Assembly (NCBI GenBank): GCA_947479915.1
Contig: CANKAU010000001.1
Span: forward strand, 21,957 to 85,956
Reading direction: 5' to 3'
DNA: 64,000 bases
Origin: Chloroflexota bacterium
Lineage (GTDB): Bacteria > Chloroflexota > Dehalococcoidia > UBA2979
The translations under genes and the position numbers were made by a program. The notes below the pieces were generated by a model. The model ran no database searches. It was not told where the DNA came from and worked only from the letters and a program-made list of their open reading frames with translations. Below are positions 36,707 to 46,370 of the stretch, in pieces; position 1 is the stretch's first letter, and each line of letters starts with the position of its first letter.

Positions 36707-37911
36707 GGGTTCGACTCTACACGCGCGGCGTGGCTACCGTCGCTCCAGCGCACCTCGATCGCGTCGCCCGGAGCGACCTCGGACGCGCGCGAGGCGGGGG
36801 TGCCGTCCGCCCGCGACACGAGCGCGTAGCCGCGATCCAGCGTCGCGCTCGGCGAGAGCGCTTGCAGGCGGTGGGCCGTGCCCGCGATGCGCTCGCGAGC
36901 CTCGGATGTGGTGCGCAGCAGGTAATGGCGCAGCGCATCGGCGTGCAGCGCCACGCGGCGGTGCAGCGGCGCGGTGTCGGGGAGCCGCCGCGCCATCACC
37001 TGCGTCGTGCGATCGACGGACTCGCGTGCCGAGGCGACCGCGCGCGCGATGCGCACGTCGTGCCTCGCACGTACGGCGTCGACGCGTCGCAGGATGTCGA
37101 GGCGATCCGGCGCGACCATCTCGGCGGCCGCAGACGGCGTAGGCGCGCGCACGTCCGCGACGAGGTCCGCGAGCGTGACGTCGGTCTCGTGACCGACCGC
37201 GGAGACCACGGGCACCGGACAGCCGAAGATCGCCCGGACCACGGGCTCCTCGTTGAAGGCGGAGAGGTCATCGTTCGCCCCGCCGCCGCGACCGACGATC
37301 AGCACGTCCGGCCAGCGATCCGCACGGCCTCGCAGCGGGGCGATGTCGCGCACCGCCTCCGCGACCGACACAGCGGCCTCATCGCCCTGCACGACGGCCG
37401 GACGGAACACGATCGTCGCGAGGGGCCAGCGGCGTTCGAGCACCGTCTGGATGTCGTGGAAGGCTGCACCTCGAGCGCTGGTGACAACGCCGATGCGCCG
37501 AGGGAAGCGCGGCAGCGCGCGCTTGCGAGCGACCTCGAACAGGCCTTCGGCCTCGAAGCGGGCCTTGCGCCGCTCGAACTCGGCCTGCTGCGCGCCCACA
37601 CCGGCGGGCTGCACGAAGTCGATCATCAGCTGCACGTCGCCGCGCGCCTCGTAGATCGTGATCGCGCCGTGCGCGATCAGGGACGCGCCGTTCTTCACGA
37701 GGCCGCGCTGGCTGACGTTCTGGCTGCGAAAGAACACGCACCGGAGCTGGCCGCCCGCGTCCTTCAGCGTGAAGTAGAGATGGCCCGAGGATGCCGCCGT
37801 GAGGTTCGAGACCTCGCCGCCGACCCACAGGTCGGACAGCACCTGGTCGTGCGCGACCAGTTCACGCAGGTAGCGAACCACCTGCCAGACGGGACGGACC
37901 TCGGTCGCCAT
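36703..37911 (-). CDS. xseA: Exodeoxyribonuclease VII large subunit
   Basis: 402 aa. N-terminal OB fold (LWVGGEVSNL...SGHLYFTLKD) and catalytic core (IGVVTS..GAA..D, RGGG). Confidence 0.9.
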   Translation of the reverse strand: MATEVRPVWQVVRYLRELVAHDQVLSDLWVGGEVSNLTAASSGHLYFTLKDAGGQLRCVFFRSQNVSQRGLVKNGASLIAHGAITIYEARGDVQLMIDFVQPAGVGAQQAEFERRKARFEAEGLFEVARKRALPRFPRRIGVVTSARGAAFHDIQTVLERRWPLATIVFRPAVVQGDEAAVSVAEAVRDIAPLRGRADRWPDVLIVGRGGGANDDLSAFNEEPVVRAIFGCPVPVVSAVGHETDVTLADLVADVRAPTPSAAAEMVAPDRLDILRRVDAVRARHDVRIARAVASARESVDRTTQVMARRLPDTAPLHRRVALHADALRHYLLRTTSEARERIAGTAHRLQALSPSATLDRGYALVSRADGTPASRASEVAPGDAIEVRWSDGSHAARVESNP

Positions 37912-37960
37912 GCGTGGGGCTCCCCGGGGGGCGATCGAAGCGGCCGCCGCGATCGCGTGT

Positions 37961-37991
37961 CGCGGCCCCGCCGGGGAGGGGCGGGGCCGCG
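37961..37991 (-). terminator. 12-bp all-GC hairpin just downstream of efp (candidate terminator/attenuator before xseA)
   Basis: cgcggccccgcc-ggggagg-ggcggggccgcg, read directly. It lies 14 nt after the efp stop. Confidence 0.5.
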
Positions 37992-38004
37992 GTGCTGTGC
38001 GTGC

Positions 38005-38568
38005 TTACGCGGTCTTGGTGCGCTCCAGGTAGCGGCCGTCGGAGGTCGACACCTTGATCGTGTCGCCGGGGTTCATGAACAGCGGCACGTTCACAACCAG
38101 GCCGGTCTCCATCGTCGCCGGCTTCGTCGCGCCGGTCGCGGTGTCGCCCTTCACGCCCGGGTCGGACGAGGCGATCACGAGCTCCACAGCGGCCGGGAGC
38201 TCGACACCGAGCGCCTCGTCACCGAAGAGCATCACCTGCACCTCGTCGCTCTCCTTCATGTAGGGGAGGGCGTCTTCGATGATGCGGGTCGGGACCATGA
38301 TCTGCTCGAAGGTCTCGGTGTTCATCATGGTGTGGTTGTCCGCGTCGCCGTACAGGTACTGCATGCGGCGGCGCTCGACGCGCGCGACCGGTAGCTTCTC
38401 CCCGGCGTTGAACGAGCGCTCCGTGATGTGCCCCGCGCGCAGGTCGCGCAGCTTCACGTGGTACACGGCAGACTTCTTCGTCTTGACGTGCTGGACTTCC
38501 TCGATGCGGTACAGTCCGCCATCGATCTCGACCGAGGCGCCCTTCTTCATTTCCGAGGTTGAGATCAC
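38005..38568 (-). CDS. efp: Translation elongation factor P
   Basis: 187 aa. GTG start with AAGGAG 6 nt upstream, and the SD overlaps the pepP stop. KPATMETGLVVNVPLFMNPGDTIKVSTSDGRYLER. Confidence 0.95.
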   Translation of the reverse strand: MISTSEMKKGASVEIDGGLYRIEEVQHVKTKKSAVYHVKLRDLRAGHITERSFNAGEKLPVARVERRRMQYLYGDADNHTMMNTETFEQIMVPTRIIEDALPYMKESDEVQVMLFGDEALGVELPAAVELVIASSDPGVKGDTATGATKPATMETGLVVNVPLFMNPGDTIKVSTSDGRYLERTKTA

Positions 38569-38578
38569 AGGCGGCTCC

Positions 38579-39715
38579 TTAGCGAACGAACTGCAAATCG
38601 AGCTTCGGCGCGGTGGAGATCGATCGCAGCCGACCGTTCTCCATCACGCACTGGTCTTCAATACGCACCCCGCCCCACCCGGGGACGTAGATGCCGGGCT
38701 CCACGGTCACCACGTGCCCGTCTGCGAGCACGTGATCCGAGGCAGGCGCCAGTCGAGGATCCTCGTGGATCTCGAGGCCGACGCCGTGGCCAAGGCCGTG
38801 GCCGAAGTGCTCGGCGTGCCCGGCACGGGCGATCACCTCGGCGGCGATCGCGTGTGCCTGCGCGCCGGTCATCCCGGCCTCGATGCGTTCCTCGGCCATG
38901 GTCTGCGCGGTCAGTACGATGTCATAGACCCGCGCAAAGCGCTCGTCCGCCTCGCCGAGGAAGATGGTACGCGTCAGGTCGGAACAATAGCCATCCACGA
39001 CCACGCCCAGGTCCATGACCACGCCGGTGCCCGCCTCGAGCGGCGCGTCGGCAGCACGCCAGTGCGGCAGCGACCCGTGCGTGCCTCCCGCGATGATCGT
39101 GCTGAACGACAGTTCTTCGGCGCCGTGCGTCAGCGCGTACTCCTGCACCAGCCACGCCAGTTGGCGTTCCGTCATGCCGGGCTCGGCGCGCTCCGCGGCG
39201 TGGAGGAACGCCGCGTCGCCGAGGTGCACCGCGCGCGTCAGCGCATCCAGTTCGCCCGGCTCCTTCACCATCCGCAGATCCTCGATCGCGCGGGGGGCGG
39301 GGACGAGCGTGGGACGTGAGACGGCGGGCAGCTCCGCGATCGCGCGTGTCCAGCCCTCCAGCGCGGCGACCGTGACATGCGCCGGCTCGAAGCCCAGCCG
39401 CACGCCAAAGAGGCCTTCGAGGATCGCCGGGGTGACGCCGGTATTCGCGCCGGCGACCCGCACGAGGTCATAGCCGGGGCATTCGCGCCCGACCTGCTCC
39501 CAGTAGCGTGAGTCTGTCGCGAACCGTGCCTCGGTGCGGGTGACGAGCGCGACGCCGGCGCTGCCCGTAAAGCCGCTGATCCACCGCCGGTTCGCCGGGG
39601 TCGTGACGAGCAGCGCGTCGATGCCACCCGGCGCGAGTGCCTCGAAGCGCGCGCGGAGGCGGTCGAGGCGTGCCGCGGTCGGCGGTGTTGCCGAGGGCGC
39701 GGACGTTGAGGTCAC
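38579..39715 (-). CDS. pepP: Xaa-Pro aminopeptidase (M24B)
   Basis: 378 aa from GTG 39715 (GTGA overlap with the aroQ stop). Creatinase-like N domain plus M24 metal ligands ([39 protein letters not shown]). Confidence 0.85.
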   Translation of the reverse strand: MTSTSAPSATPPTAARLDRLRARFEALAPGGIDALLVTTPANRRWISGFTGSAGVALVTRTEARFATDSRYWEQVGRECPGYDLVRVAGANTGVTPAILEGLFGVRLGFEPAHVTVAALEGWTRAIAELPAVSRPTLVPAPRAIEDLRMVKEPGELDALTRAVHLGDAAFLHAAERAEPGMTERQLAWLVQEYALTHGAEELSFSTIIAGGTHGSLPHWRAADAPLEAGTGVVMDLGVVVDGYCSDLTRTIFLGEADERFARVYDIVLTAQTMAEERIEAGMTGAQAHAIAAEVIARAGHAEHFGHGLGHGVGLEIHEDPRLAPASDHVLADGHVVTVEPGIYVPGWGGVRIEDQCVMENGRLRSISTAPKLDLQFVR

Positions 39716-40158
39716 GCGCCGTTGCTCTCGGTCAGGCGGCCGTACAGCAGGTCGATCGCCGCGAGGTACCCGCGCCAGCCGAAGCCGACGATGCAGCCCC
39801 ACGCGACCGGGGAGATGTACGAGTGGTGCCGGAACTCCTCGCGCTTGAAGACGTTGGAGAGGTGCACCTCGACGGTGGGGATCTGGACGCCGCTGATTGC
39901 ATCCGGAATGGCGACGGAGGTGTGGGTGTAGCCACCGGCGTTGAGGATCAGGCCATCCCAGCCTCGGTGGGCCTGGATGATGTCCACCAGCTCGCCCTCG
40001 TGGTTGCTCTGGGCGAACTCCACCTCGATGCCGAGCGACTCCGCGCGATTGCGCACGAGCAACTCGATGTCGGCCAGCGTCTCGCGCCCGTACACCTCGG
40101 GCTCGCGCAGGCCGAGCAGATTCAGGTTCGGTCCGTTGAGGACGAGCACGCGCATCAC
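39712..40158 (-). CDS. aroQ: Type II 3-dehydroquinate dehydratase
   Basis: 148 aa. [23 protein letters not shown]...[10 protein letters not shown]...[13 protein letters not shown]. Confidence 0.95.
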   Translation of the reverse strand: MMRVLVLNGPNLNLLGLREPEVYGRETLADIELLVRNRAESLGIEVEFAQSNHEGELVDIIQAHRGWDGLILNAGGYTHTSVAIPDAISGVQIPTVEVHLSNVFKREEFRHHSYISPVAWGCIVGFGWRGYLAAIDLLYGRLTESNGA

Positions 40159-40266
40159 GCATCTCCTTCGTCGGGCGAAGCGCAGGATACCTGCGCCGCC
40201 CGATCCCGACCTCCGGGCAGCAGGTTCTGCGTGCGATGGTACCGGACGCGCTGGTTCCGGGCGCGG

Positions 40267-41280
40267 CTACCCCGCGTGCCCACGGCGGTGCTCCACGCTT
40301 CGCGCGCGATCGAGGGCATCGCCCACGAACTCCGCCTTCCGGCGGTGTGCGACGGTCGTGTAGATCTGCGTCGTGTCGGGCGAGGAGTGCCCGAGCAGGT
40401 GCTGGACCACGCGCAGGTCGGCGCCGCCCTCGATCATGTGCGTCGCGAACGAGTGGCGGAGCAGGTGCGGGTGCACGCCCTGTCGCAGCGCCGCCTGCAG
40501 CCCCGCGTTGCGCACGATCGTCTGGATGGAACGCGCGGTCAGGCGTCCACCGGCGCGGTTGAGGAACAGCGCCGTCTCCGCGCCCGTCGCGAGGTGCGGC
40601 CGGGCATCCTCGAGGTAGGTGCGGATCGCGGCGCGCGCCGGCTCGCCATAGAGGCAGATGCGGGTCTTGTCGCCCTTGCCGGTGACGCGCACCTGCAGGT
40701 TCGTCAGGTCCAGGTCGCGCGTGTCCAGGTTGCTGACCTCGCTGACGCGCAGCCCTGCACCCCACAGCAGTTCGAGGATCGCGTGGTCGCGCAGTCCCCC
40801 GACGGTGTCGAGGTCCGGCGCGCCGACCAGCCGCTGTGCCTCCTCGACGTCGAGGAAGTGGGGCAGGCGGCGGCCCTTCTTCGGGTAGCGCAGCCGCAGC
40901 ATCGAGTCGCCGGGCCGAGCGCGAAGCTTCACGTCGTTCGCGTCGAGCCACGCGTAGAACCCGCGGATCGTGGTCGCGCGGCGCCTGATTGACCCCTCGG
41001 CGAGGTGGATGTCCGCGAGCCGCGAGAGGTAGGAGCGCCCGTCCGACCGCCCCGCCGCGAGGAAGTCGACCCCCTTGGGCGCGAGAAAGCGCAGGTAGTC
41101 CTCGAGGTCCGTCCGGTAGTTGCGGATCGTGTACTCGGAGCGCCGCCGGACGTCGTTGAGCTGCGTCAGGTACGCGGCGAGCGCCTCGGCCGCCTCGGGC
41201 GCGATCTCGGGCAGCGGCTCGGGCTCAGCCTTCGCGCGGCGCGGCTTCGCGGCGGCGCGTGGCTTCTCGGCGGTGGTCAT
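40267..41280 (-). CDS. Tyrosine recombinase, XerC/XerD family
   Basis: 337 aa. SAM-like N domain and a catalytic domain with R...HxxR...Y (LRHSFATHMIEGGADLRVVQHLLGHSSPDTTQIYT). Both flanks are housekeeping genes. Confidence 0.85.
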   Translation of the reverse strand: MTTAEKPRAAAKPRRAKAEPEPLPEIAPEAAEALAAYLTQLNDVRRRSEYTIRNYRTDLEDYLRFLAPKGVDFLAAGRSDGRSYLSRLADIHLAEGSIRRRATTIRGFYAWLDANDVKLRARPGDSMLRLRYPKKGRRLPHFLDVEEAQRLVGAPDLDTVGGLRDHAILELLWGAGLRVSEVSNLDTRDLDLTNLQVRVTGKGDKTRICLYGEPARAAIRTYLEDARPHLATGAETALFLNRAGGRLTARSIQTIVRNAGLQAALRQGVHPHLLRHSFATHMIEGGADLRVVQHLLGHSSPDTTQIYTTVAHRRKAEFVGDALDRARSVEHRRGHAG

Positions 41281-41350
41281 CGGCGTGCCTCAGGTGTCCC
41301 CGCCCGAGTACGACATAATCAGGATAGCAGATGTGCGATCGGGGTCTACC

Positions 41351-42349
41351 ATGCGCGGCGTGAAAGACAAGTTGCTGGTCTTCCTCGCGCTCTTGCTCGT
41401 CGGTTGCGGTCGCGGCGGCGATTCCGTTTCCTCAAGCGCTGGATCGCCGACGGCGATGCTTACCGCCGTCGGTGCTACGACGGACACCGGTGGGCGGACC
41501 TCGACGGCGACGGCCGTCTCGACGCCTCCCGCACCCGCGTCCGCGACGCCCACGCCCGCCGCTTCGGCCACGGCCGTTCGTCCGCGTCAACCGTCGAACC
41601 AGGTGCTGGATTCGGGTGTGCCGTCACCCGTCACGGCGACGCGGAGGCGAGGTGACCCTCTGCCTCCGTGGACCGTCAATCCCACGCAGTCGAGATTCAC
41701 CTGGGACGCGGGCTCGGTCCTCGCTTATCGGGCTCCGACGACCGCGGATTTCCCCGCAGGGCACCAACCGGACTGGTTGGATCCGCTCTCGGTCCCATGC
41801 GCCTCAGAGTCGGACGGCCGCGCCTTGATGCCCGCCCCTCGAAATGTCACGTGCTTCGATGAGTTCCTGAAGAGGCAGCGCGCGAGCGACTCGGCGTTGG
41901 CATACTTCCGCGCGACCTCGGAGACCCTGCAACGGTTCGAGGAGCGAGGGCGCGTAGACACCGGGACGTCGTTCAACCCGTGGTGCTGCCTGGCGGATAT
42001 GCCCGGCGGGATCGCGCAGGCGGTGTTTCTGAACGTCGCTGACGCACCTGACGGCTTGCGGTTCGTGTCGGACTACCTGCTTGGGGCAGAACTGCGCCGA
42101 TGGCTGGCGCATCCCGCATATCTCGCCGTGCGTACACCCGGCGTTGATGAGGAATTGCCCTTCGGGCTCGAGACAGCGATCGAGCCCAGCACCGCCGGGC
42201 CGGGTGCCGAACAACGCTTCATCGTGAGTGACACCCTGCAGGGATGCCGCGCTTGCCCGCGGCCCGCGCGGCTCCGCGTGATGCTGACGTTCGACGCGAC
42301 GGGGCGCTATGTGCGCTGGGAACTGCTGCCGCCGGAGCTGCTGCGCTAG
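41351..42349 (+). CDS. Hypothetical lipoprotein
   Basis: 332 aa from ATG 41351. Lipobox LLLVGCG, a Thr/Ala/Pro-rich linker, then a globular domain with no recognised family. Its stop overlaps the topA stop. Confidence 0.55.
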   Translation: MRGVKDKLLVFLALLLVGCGRGGDSVSSSAGSPTAMLTAVGATTDTGGRTSTATAVSTPPAPASATPTPAASATAVRPRQPSNQVLDSGVPSPVTATRRRGDPLPPWTVNPTQSRFTWDAGSVLAYRAPTTADFPAGHQPDWLDPLSVPCASESDGRALMPAPRNVTCFDEFLKRQRASDSALAYFRATSETLQRFEERGRVDTGTSFNPWCCLADMPGGIAQAVFLNVADAPDGLRFVSDYLLGAELRRWLAHPAYLAVRTPGVDEELPFGLETAIEPSTAGPGAEQRFIVSDTLQGCRACPRPARLRVMLTFDATGRYVRWELLPPELLR

Positions 42350-45132
42350 CTCGCGCGCCTCGTCCGGGGGGTGGTGCCGCGTGTGGACTTCGTGGCGCGG
42401 CGCGCGGGGGCACGCTTCGCGCTCGCGGGCTTGGGAGCGCGCGGGTCCTTGCCTTCGGCGCGCAGCTTCTCCTCGCGGCCCGCGATGAGGTCGAGGGCGT
42501 CCTGCAGCGTCAGCGTCTTCGGGTCGCGGCCCTTCGGCAGCGATGCGTTGACCACGCCGTCCGTGACGTAGGGGCCGAACTTGCCGCTGCGCACGGTGAT
42601 GCTCGCCTTGCTGTCGGGATGCTCGCCGATCTCGACCGCGGTGCTCTGCGCGGTGCGACGGCCGAACTGCCTCGGCTGGGCGAGGACCTTCAGCGCCTCC
42701 TCCAGCGTGAGCGTCTTCATCGCGAAGTGACCGCCCTCGAGGCTGCGGCTGTCCTTGCCCGCGCGCACGTAGGGGCCGTTGGGGCCGTCCTGCACCGTGA
42801 CGTCCTCGCCGCTCTCCGGGTGCTTGCCCAGCACCTTCGGGAACGACAGCAGCAGCAGCGCGTCGTCGAGGGTCACAGACTCCATCGACATCTCGTCCTC
42901 CCAGAGGGAGGCGCGACGCGGCTTGTCCTTGCTCTTCGGCGCGGGATCCTCGCCGAGCTGGACGTAGGGGCCGTAGCGGCCGGTCTTCAGGTACACGGGG
43001 CTGTTCGTCTGCGGGTCGATGCCGAGCACGCGGTCACCAAGGCGCTCCTCGTGGAGCAGACGCATCGCGTCCTCCACGGTCACCTCGTCCGGGGCGACGC
43101 TCTCCGGCAGCGACGCGCGCTCCTCGCCGTCCCCGATCTGCAGGTAGGGGCCGTAGCGCCCGACGCGCACCGCGATGTCATGGCCCTCGGCGTCCTGCCC
43201 GATCGTGACCGAGGACACGGCGCGCGCGTCGATGTCTTCCCAGCCGTTGTCGATCGTCTTGTGCAGGCCGTTGTGAGCCAGGGGCTCGGTGGGCGGCGCG
43301 CCCGGGTCGCCGAAGTACAGCGCCCGCAGCCACGGCTTCGGGTCGCGCTCGCCGTCCGCGATCTCGTCGAGGCGCTCCTCCATGCGAGCGGTGAAGCCGA
43401 GGTCGACGAGGTCGGGGAAGTGCTGCTCCAGCAGGTTCACCACCGCGAAGGCGACGAACGTGGGCACCAGCGCGCTGCCGCGCTTCCACACGTAGCCGCG
43501 GTCCTGGATCGTCTGGAGGATCGAGGCATAGGTGGACGGGCGGCCGATGCCGCGCTCCTCCAGCTCACGGATCAGGCTCGCCTCGGTCCAGCGGGCGGGC
43601 GGCTGCGTCTCGTGGCCCTTGGCCTCGAGGCTGCGCGGGGCGAGCTCCTGGCCCACGCGCAGCGGCGGCAGCACGCGCTCCTGATCCTCGATCTCCGCGT
43701 CCGGGTCGTCCGAGCCCTCGACGTAGGCGCGCAGGAAGCCGGGGAAGGTGATGACCTTGCCGGCGGTCTGGAACGTCGCCTGACCGTCGGGGCCGGCGTC
43801 CGCGGTGAGGCGCACCTGTGTCCTCAACCCGGCGGCGTCCTTCATCTGCGACGCGACGGTGCGCTTCCACACCAGCTCGTACAGGCGCAGGGCGTCGGCA
43901 TCGAGTTCGCCGCGCAGGCTCTCCGGTGTGCGGAAGATGTCGCCAGCGGGGCGGATCGCCTCGTGCGCTTCCTGAGCGGCCTTGCCGCTCGCGTAGCGTC
44001 GAGGCTGCTCCGGGACGTACTCGTCGCCGTACAGCGAGGCGGCCTGCCGGCGCGCGGCGTCCAGCGCCTGCTGCGACAGATTGGTGCTGTCGGTTCGCAT
44101 GTAGGTGATGTAGCCGTTCTCGTAGAGACGCTGGGCCACCTGCATGGTGCGCTGCGCGGTGTAGCGGAGCTGGCGCGCCGCCTCCTGCTGGATCGTCGAA
44201 GTGATGAAGGGCGCGGGCGGGCGCTGCGTGAACGGGCGCTCGTTGACCTCAGACACCACGAACGTCGATGACTGGAGGCGATCAGCGACGGCGCGCGCGG
44301 CGGCCTCGTCCAGCAGGCGCACGTTGTCGCCCGCGAGCTTGCCGGTCTCCGGATCGAAGTCCCGGCCGCTGGCCACTCGACGCCCGCCGAGGTCGGCGAG
44401 GCGCGCGCCTACGGTCGCTGCCTCGGCACCGGGCTCTCGCGTGGCAAGCGTCGCGTCGACGTCCCAGAAGGAGGCGGAAGTGAAGCGCATGCGGGCGCGC
44501 TCGCGGTCGACGATGACGCGGACGGCGACGGACTGCACGCGGCCGGCGGACAGCCTCGGCGCGACCTTCTTCCAGAGGACGGGCGAGACCTCGTAGCCGA
44601 ACAGCCGGTCGAGGATGCGCCGCGCCTCCTGCGCCTTCACGAGGTCGAAGTCCACGTCGCGCGGGTGCGAGATGGCCTCTTCGATGGCGGCGCGGGTGAT
44701 CTCGTGGAACACCATGCGGCGGACGGGGACGCGCGGCTTCAGCACCTGCAGCAGGTGCCACGCGATCGCCTCGCCCTCGCGGTCCTCATCTGTTGCGAGG
44801 TAGAGCTCGTCGGCGTCCTTCAAGAGGGCCCGGAGCTTGGTCACCTGCGCGGTCTTGTCGGGAGGAATGACGTACAGCGGCTCGAAGTCGGCATCGATGT
44901 TCACGCCGAGGCGCGCCCAGGCCTGCTTCTTGTATTCCTTCGGGATCTGCGCCGCGGAGGAAGGCAGGTCGCGGATATGCCCGATGGACGATTCCACCAT
45001 GTAGTCGGGGCCGAGGTACTGCGAGATCGTGCGGGCCTTTGCGGGGGACTCCACGATCACGAGACGCTTCAGCCCGTCTCCGGTGGAGCGGGCCGCTCGA
45101 CGGCGAGGGGTGCTGGCCGCGTCTGTCGTCAT
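42346..45132 (-). CDS. topA: DNA topoisomerase I (type IA), actinobacterial-type C-terminus
   Basis: 928 aa. TOPRIM (LVIVESPAKARTI), active-site Tyr (YITYMRTDST), four C-terminal GxxGPY repeats without Cys4 zinc fingers, and a Lys/Arg-rich tail. Confidence 0.95.
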   Translation of the reverse strand: MTTDAASTPRRRAARSTGDGLKRLVIVESPAKARTISQYLGPDYMVESSIGHIRDLPSSAAQIPKEYKKQAWARLGVNIDADFEPLYVIPPDKTAQVTKLRALLKDADELYLATDEDREGEAIAWHLLQVLKPRVPVRRMVFHEITRAAIEEAISHPRDVDFDLVKAQEARRILDRLFGYEVSPVLWKKVAPRLSAGRVQSVAVRVIVDRERARMRFTSASFWDVDATLATREPGAEAATVGARLADLGGRRVASGRDFDPETGKLAGDNVRLLDEAAARAVADRLQSSTFVVSEVNERPFTQRPPAPFITSTIQQEAARQLRYTAQRTMQVAQRLYENGYITYMRTDSTNLSQQALDAARRQAASLYGDEYVPEQPRRYASGKAAQEAHEAIRPAGDIFRTPESLRGELDADALRLYELVWKRTVASQMKDAAGLRTQVRLTADAGPDGQATFQTAGKVITFPGFLRAYVEGSDDPDAEIEDQERVLPPLRVGQELAPRSLEAKGHETQPPARWTEASLIRELEERGIGRPSTYASILQTIQDRGYVWKRGSALVPTFVAFAVVNLLEQHFPDLVDLGFTARMEERLDEIADGERDPKPWLRALYFGDPGAPPTEPLAHNGLHKTIDNGWEDIDARAVSSVTIGQDAEGHDIAVRVGRYGPYLQIGDGEERASLPESVAPDEVTVEDAMRLLHEERLGDRVLGIDPQTNSPVYLKTGRYGPYVQLGEDPAPKSKDKPRRASLWEDEMSMESVTLDDALLLLSFPKVLGKHPESGEDVTVQDGPNGPYVRAGKDSRSLEGGHFAMKTLTLEEALKVLAQPRQFGRRTAQSTAVEIGEHPDSKASITVRSGKFGPYVTDGVVNASLPKGRDPKTLTLQDALDLIAGREEKLRAEGKDPRAPKPASAKRAPARRATKSTRGTTPRTRRAS

Positions 45133-46328
45133 CTTGTCGTCCCGTGGGCGCCCGTCGCGCTGGTCCCGGTGGCTTCGTCAGTGCCGTAGTCGGCGGCGTC
45201 TTCACGCACCCGGACGAACTGCATCCCGCCCAGATCGCGGACGAGACCCTTCAATTCAAGAAGAGCGAGCGTACCGGACGCAACCGAGGGTGCCAAACCG
45301 CTCCTACGTGCGACAACGTCGATGTGCTGCGGCTCGCGGCTCAGAGCGCGCATCAGGGCTTGCTCGTCCGGGGTGTCCGGCGGGGCGGCGCGCCCGAAGT
45401 CCATCTGCGCCCCGAGCTGCGTCAGGTTGAGTGCCTCGAGGATGTCGTTCGCCGACATGACGGGCGTTGCGCCGTCCTTGATCAGCCCGAGGGGGCCGCG
45501 CGACTGCGGCGAGAAGATAGAACCGGGTACCGCGAACAGCTCCCGGTTCTGCTCCGTGGCGAACTTCGCGGTGATCATCGCGCCGGACTGGAAGTCACCC
45601 TCGACGACGAGCGTGCCCAGCGAGACGCCGGTCAGGATGCGGTTTCGTCGAGGGAAGAAGTCGGCGCGGGGCTTCGTGCCGAGGGGGTAGTCGGTGACGA
45701 CCGCGCCGCGCTCGGCGATCTCATCCGCGAGGCGGCGGTTCTCGGGCGGGTACGTGGTGTCGAGGCCGTTCGCGACGGCGGCGACCGTGCGGCCGTTGCT
45801 GTCCAGCGCCGTCCGGTGCGCGATGGTGTCGACGCCACGTGCGAGGCCGGAGACCACGGTCACCCCGGTGCCCGCGAGGCCCCTCGACAGCTCGGCGGTC
45901 GCCTGGCGGCCGTACGCGGTGGCGCGGCGGGTGCCGACCACGGCAACGCTCCACTCGTCCTCGGGCCGCCATTCGCCACGGACGTAAAGCACCGGCGGCG
46001 CGTCATCGATCTCGCCGAGGCGGCTCGGGTAGCCCGGGGCACCCAGCGCGAGCGCCGTCACGCCAGCCTGCGCGAGGCGCTCCATCTCCGCGTCCGGGTC
46101 GATCTCCTGCTGCGCGCGGACCACCTCGGTCGCTGTTCGGGCATCTAGGCCGGCGGCGGCGAGGTCGGCGTGGCTGGCGCGCCACGCGTGCTCCATGTCC
46201 GGGAAGTAGGCGTCGAGGATGCCGAAGCGCATGCTCCCCAGCCGGTGAACTCGGTGGAGCGCGACGCGATAGCGCAGGTCGGCGGGAGTCTGGTCAATCA
46301 CGGGCGGTAGGTTAGGCTCCGCGCGCAA
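45129..46328 (-). CDS. dprA: DNA-processing protein DprA
   Basis: 399 aa. Rossmann-like core GTRRATAYG...VVSGLARGVDTIAH...AVPG and a C-terminal wHTH. Confidence 0.9.
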   Translation of the reverse strand: MRAEPNLPPVIDQTPADLRYRVALHRVHRLGSMRFGILDAYFPDMEHAWRASHADLAAAGLDARTATEVVRAQQEIDPDAEMERLAQAGVTALALGAPGYPSRLGEIDDAPPVLYVRGEWRPEDEWSVAVVGTRRATAYGRQATAELSRGLAGTGVTVVSGLARGVDTIAHRTALDSNGRTVAAVANGLDTTYPPENRRLADEIAERGAVVTDYPLGTKPRADFFPRRNRILTGVSLGTLVVEGDFQSGAMITAKFATEQNRELFAVPGSIFSPQSRGPLGLIKDGATPVMSANDILEALNLTQLGAQMDFGRAAPPDTPDEQALMRALSREPQHIDVVARRSGLAPSVASGTLALLELKGLVRDLGGMQFVRVREDAADYGTDEATGTSATGAHGTTR

Positions 46329-46370
46329 CCCCGGCCACCGCCCGACCGCACGGGGCCGCGGTCGAGGTCC

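Noticed and set aside
35236-38394. 1052-aa plus-strand ORF
   Set aside because: It is antisense to the formyltransferase-like gene, xseB, xseA and efp, all of which have clear family signatures. Its composition is dominated by Arg/Ala/Gly/Val and no domain is recognisable.
40267-41280. Tyrosine recombinase as a marker of an integrated mobile element
   Set aside because: It is flanked on both sides by housekeeping genes of host-like GC, with no att-like repeats or cargo. This is consistent with chromosomal XerC/XerD.
42244-44271. 675-aa plus-strand ORF
   Set aside because: It is antisense to topA and has no motifs.
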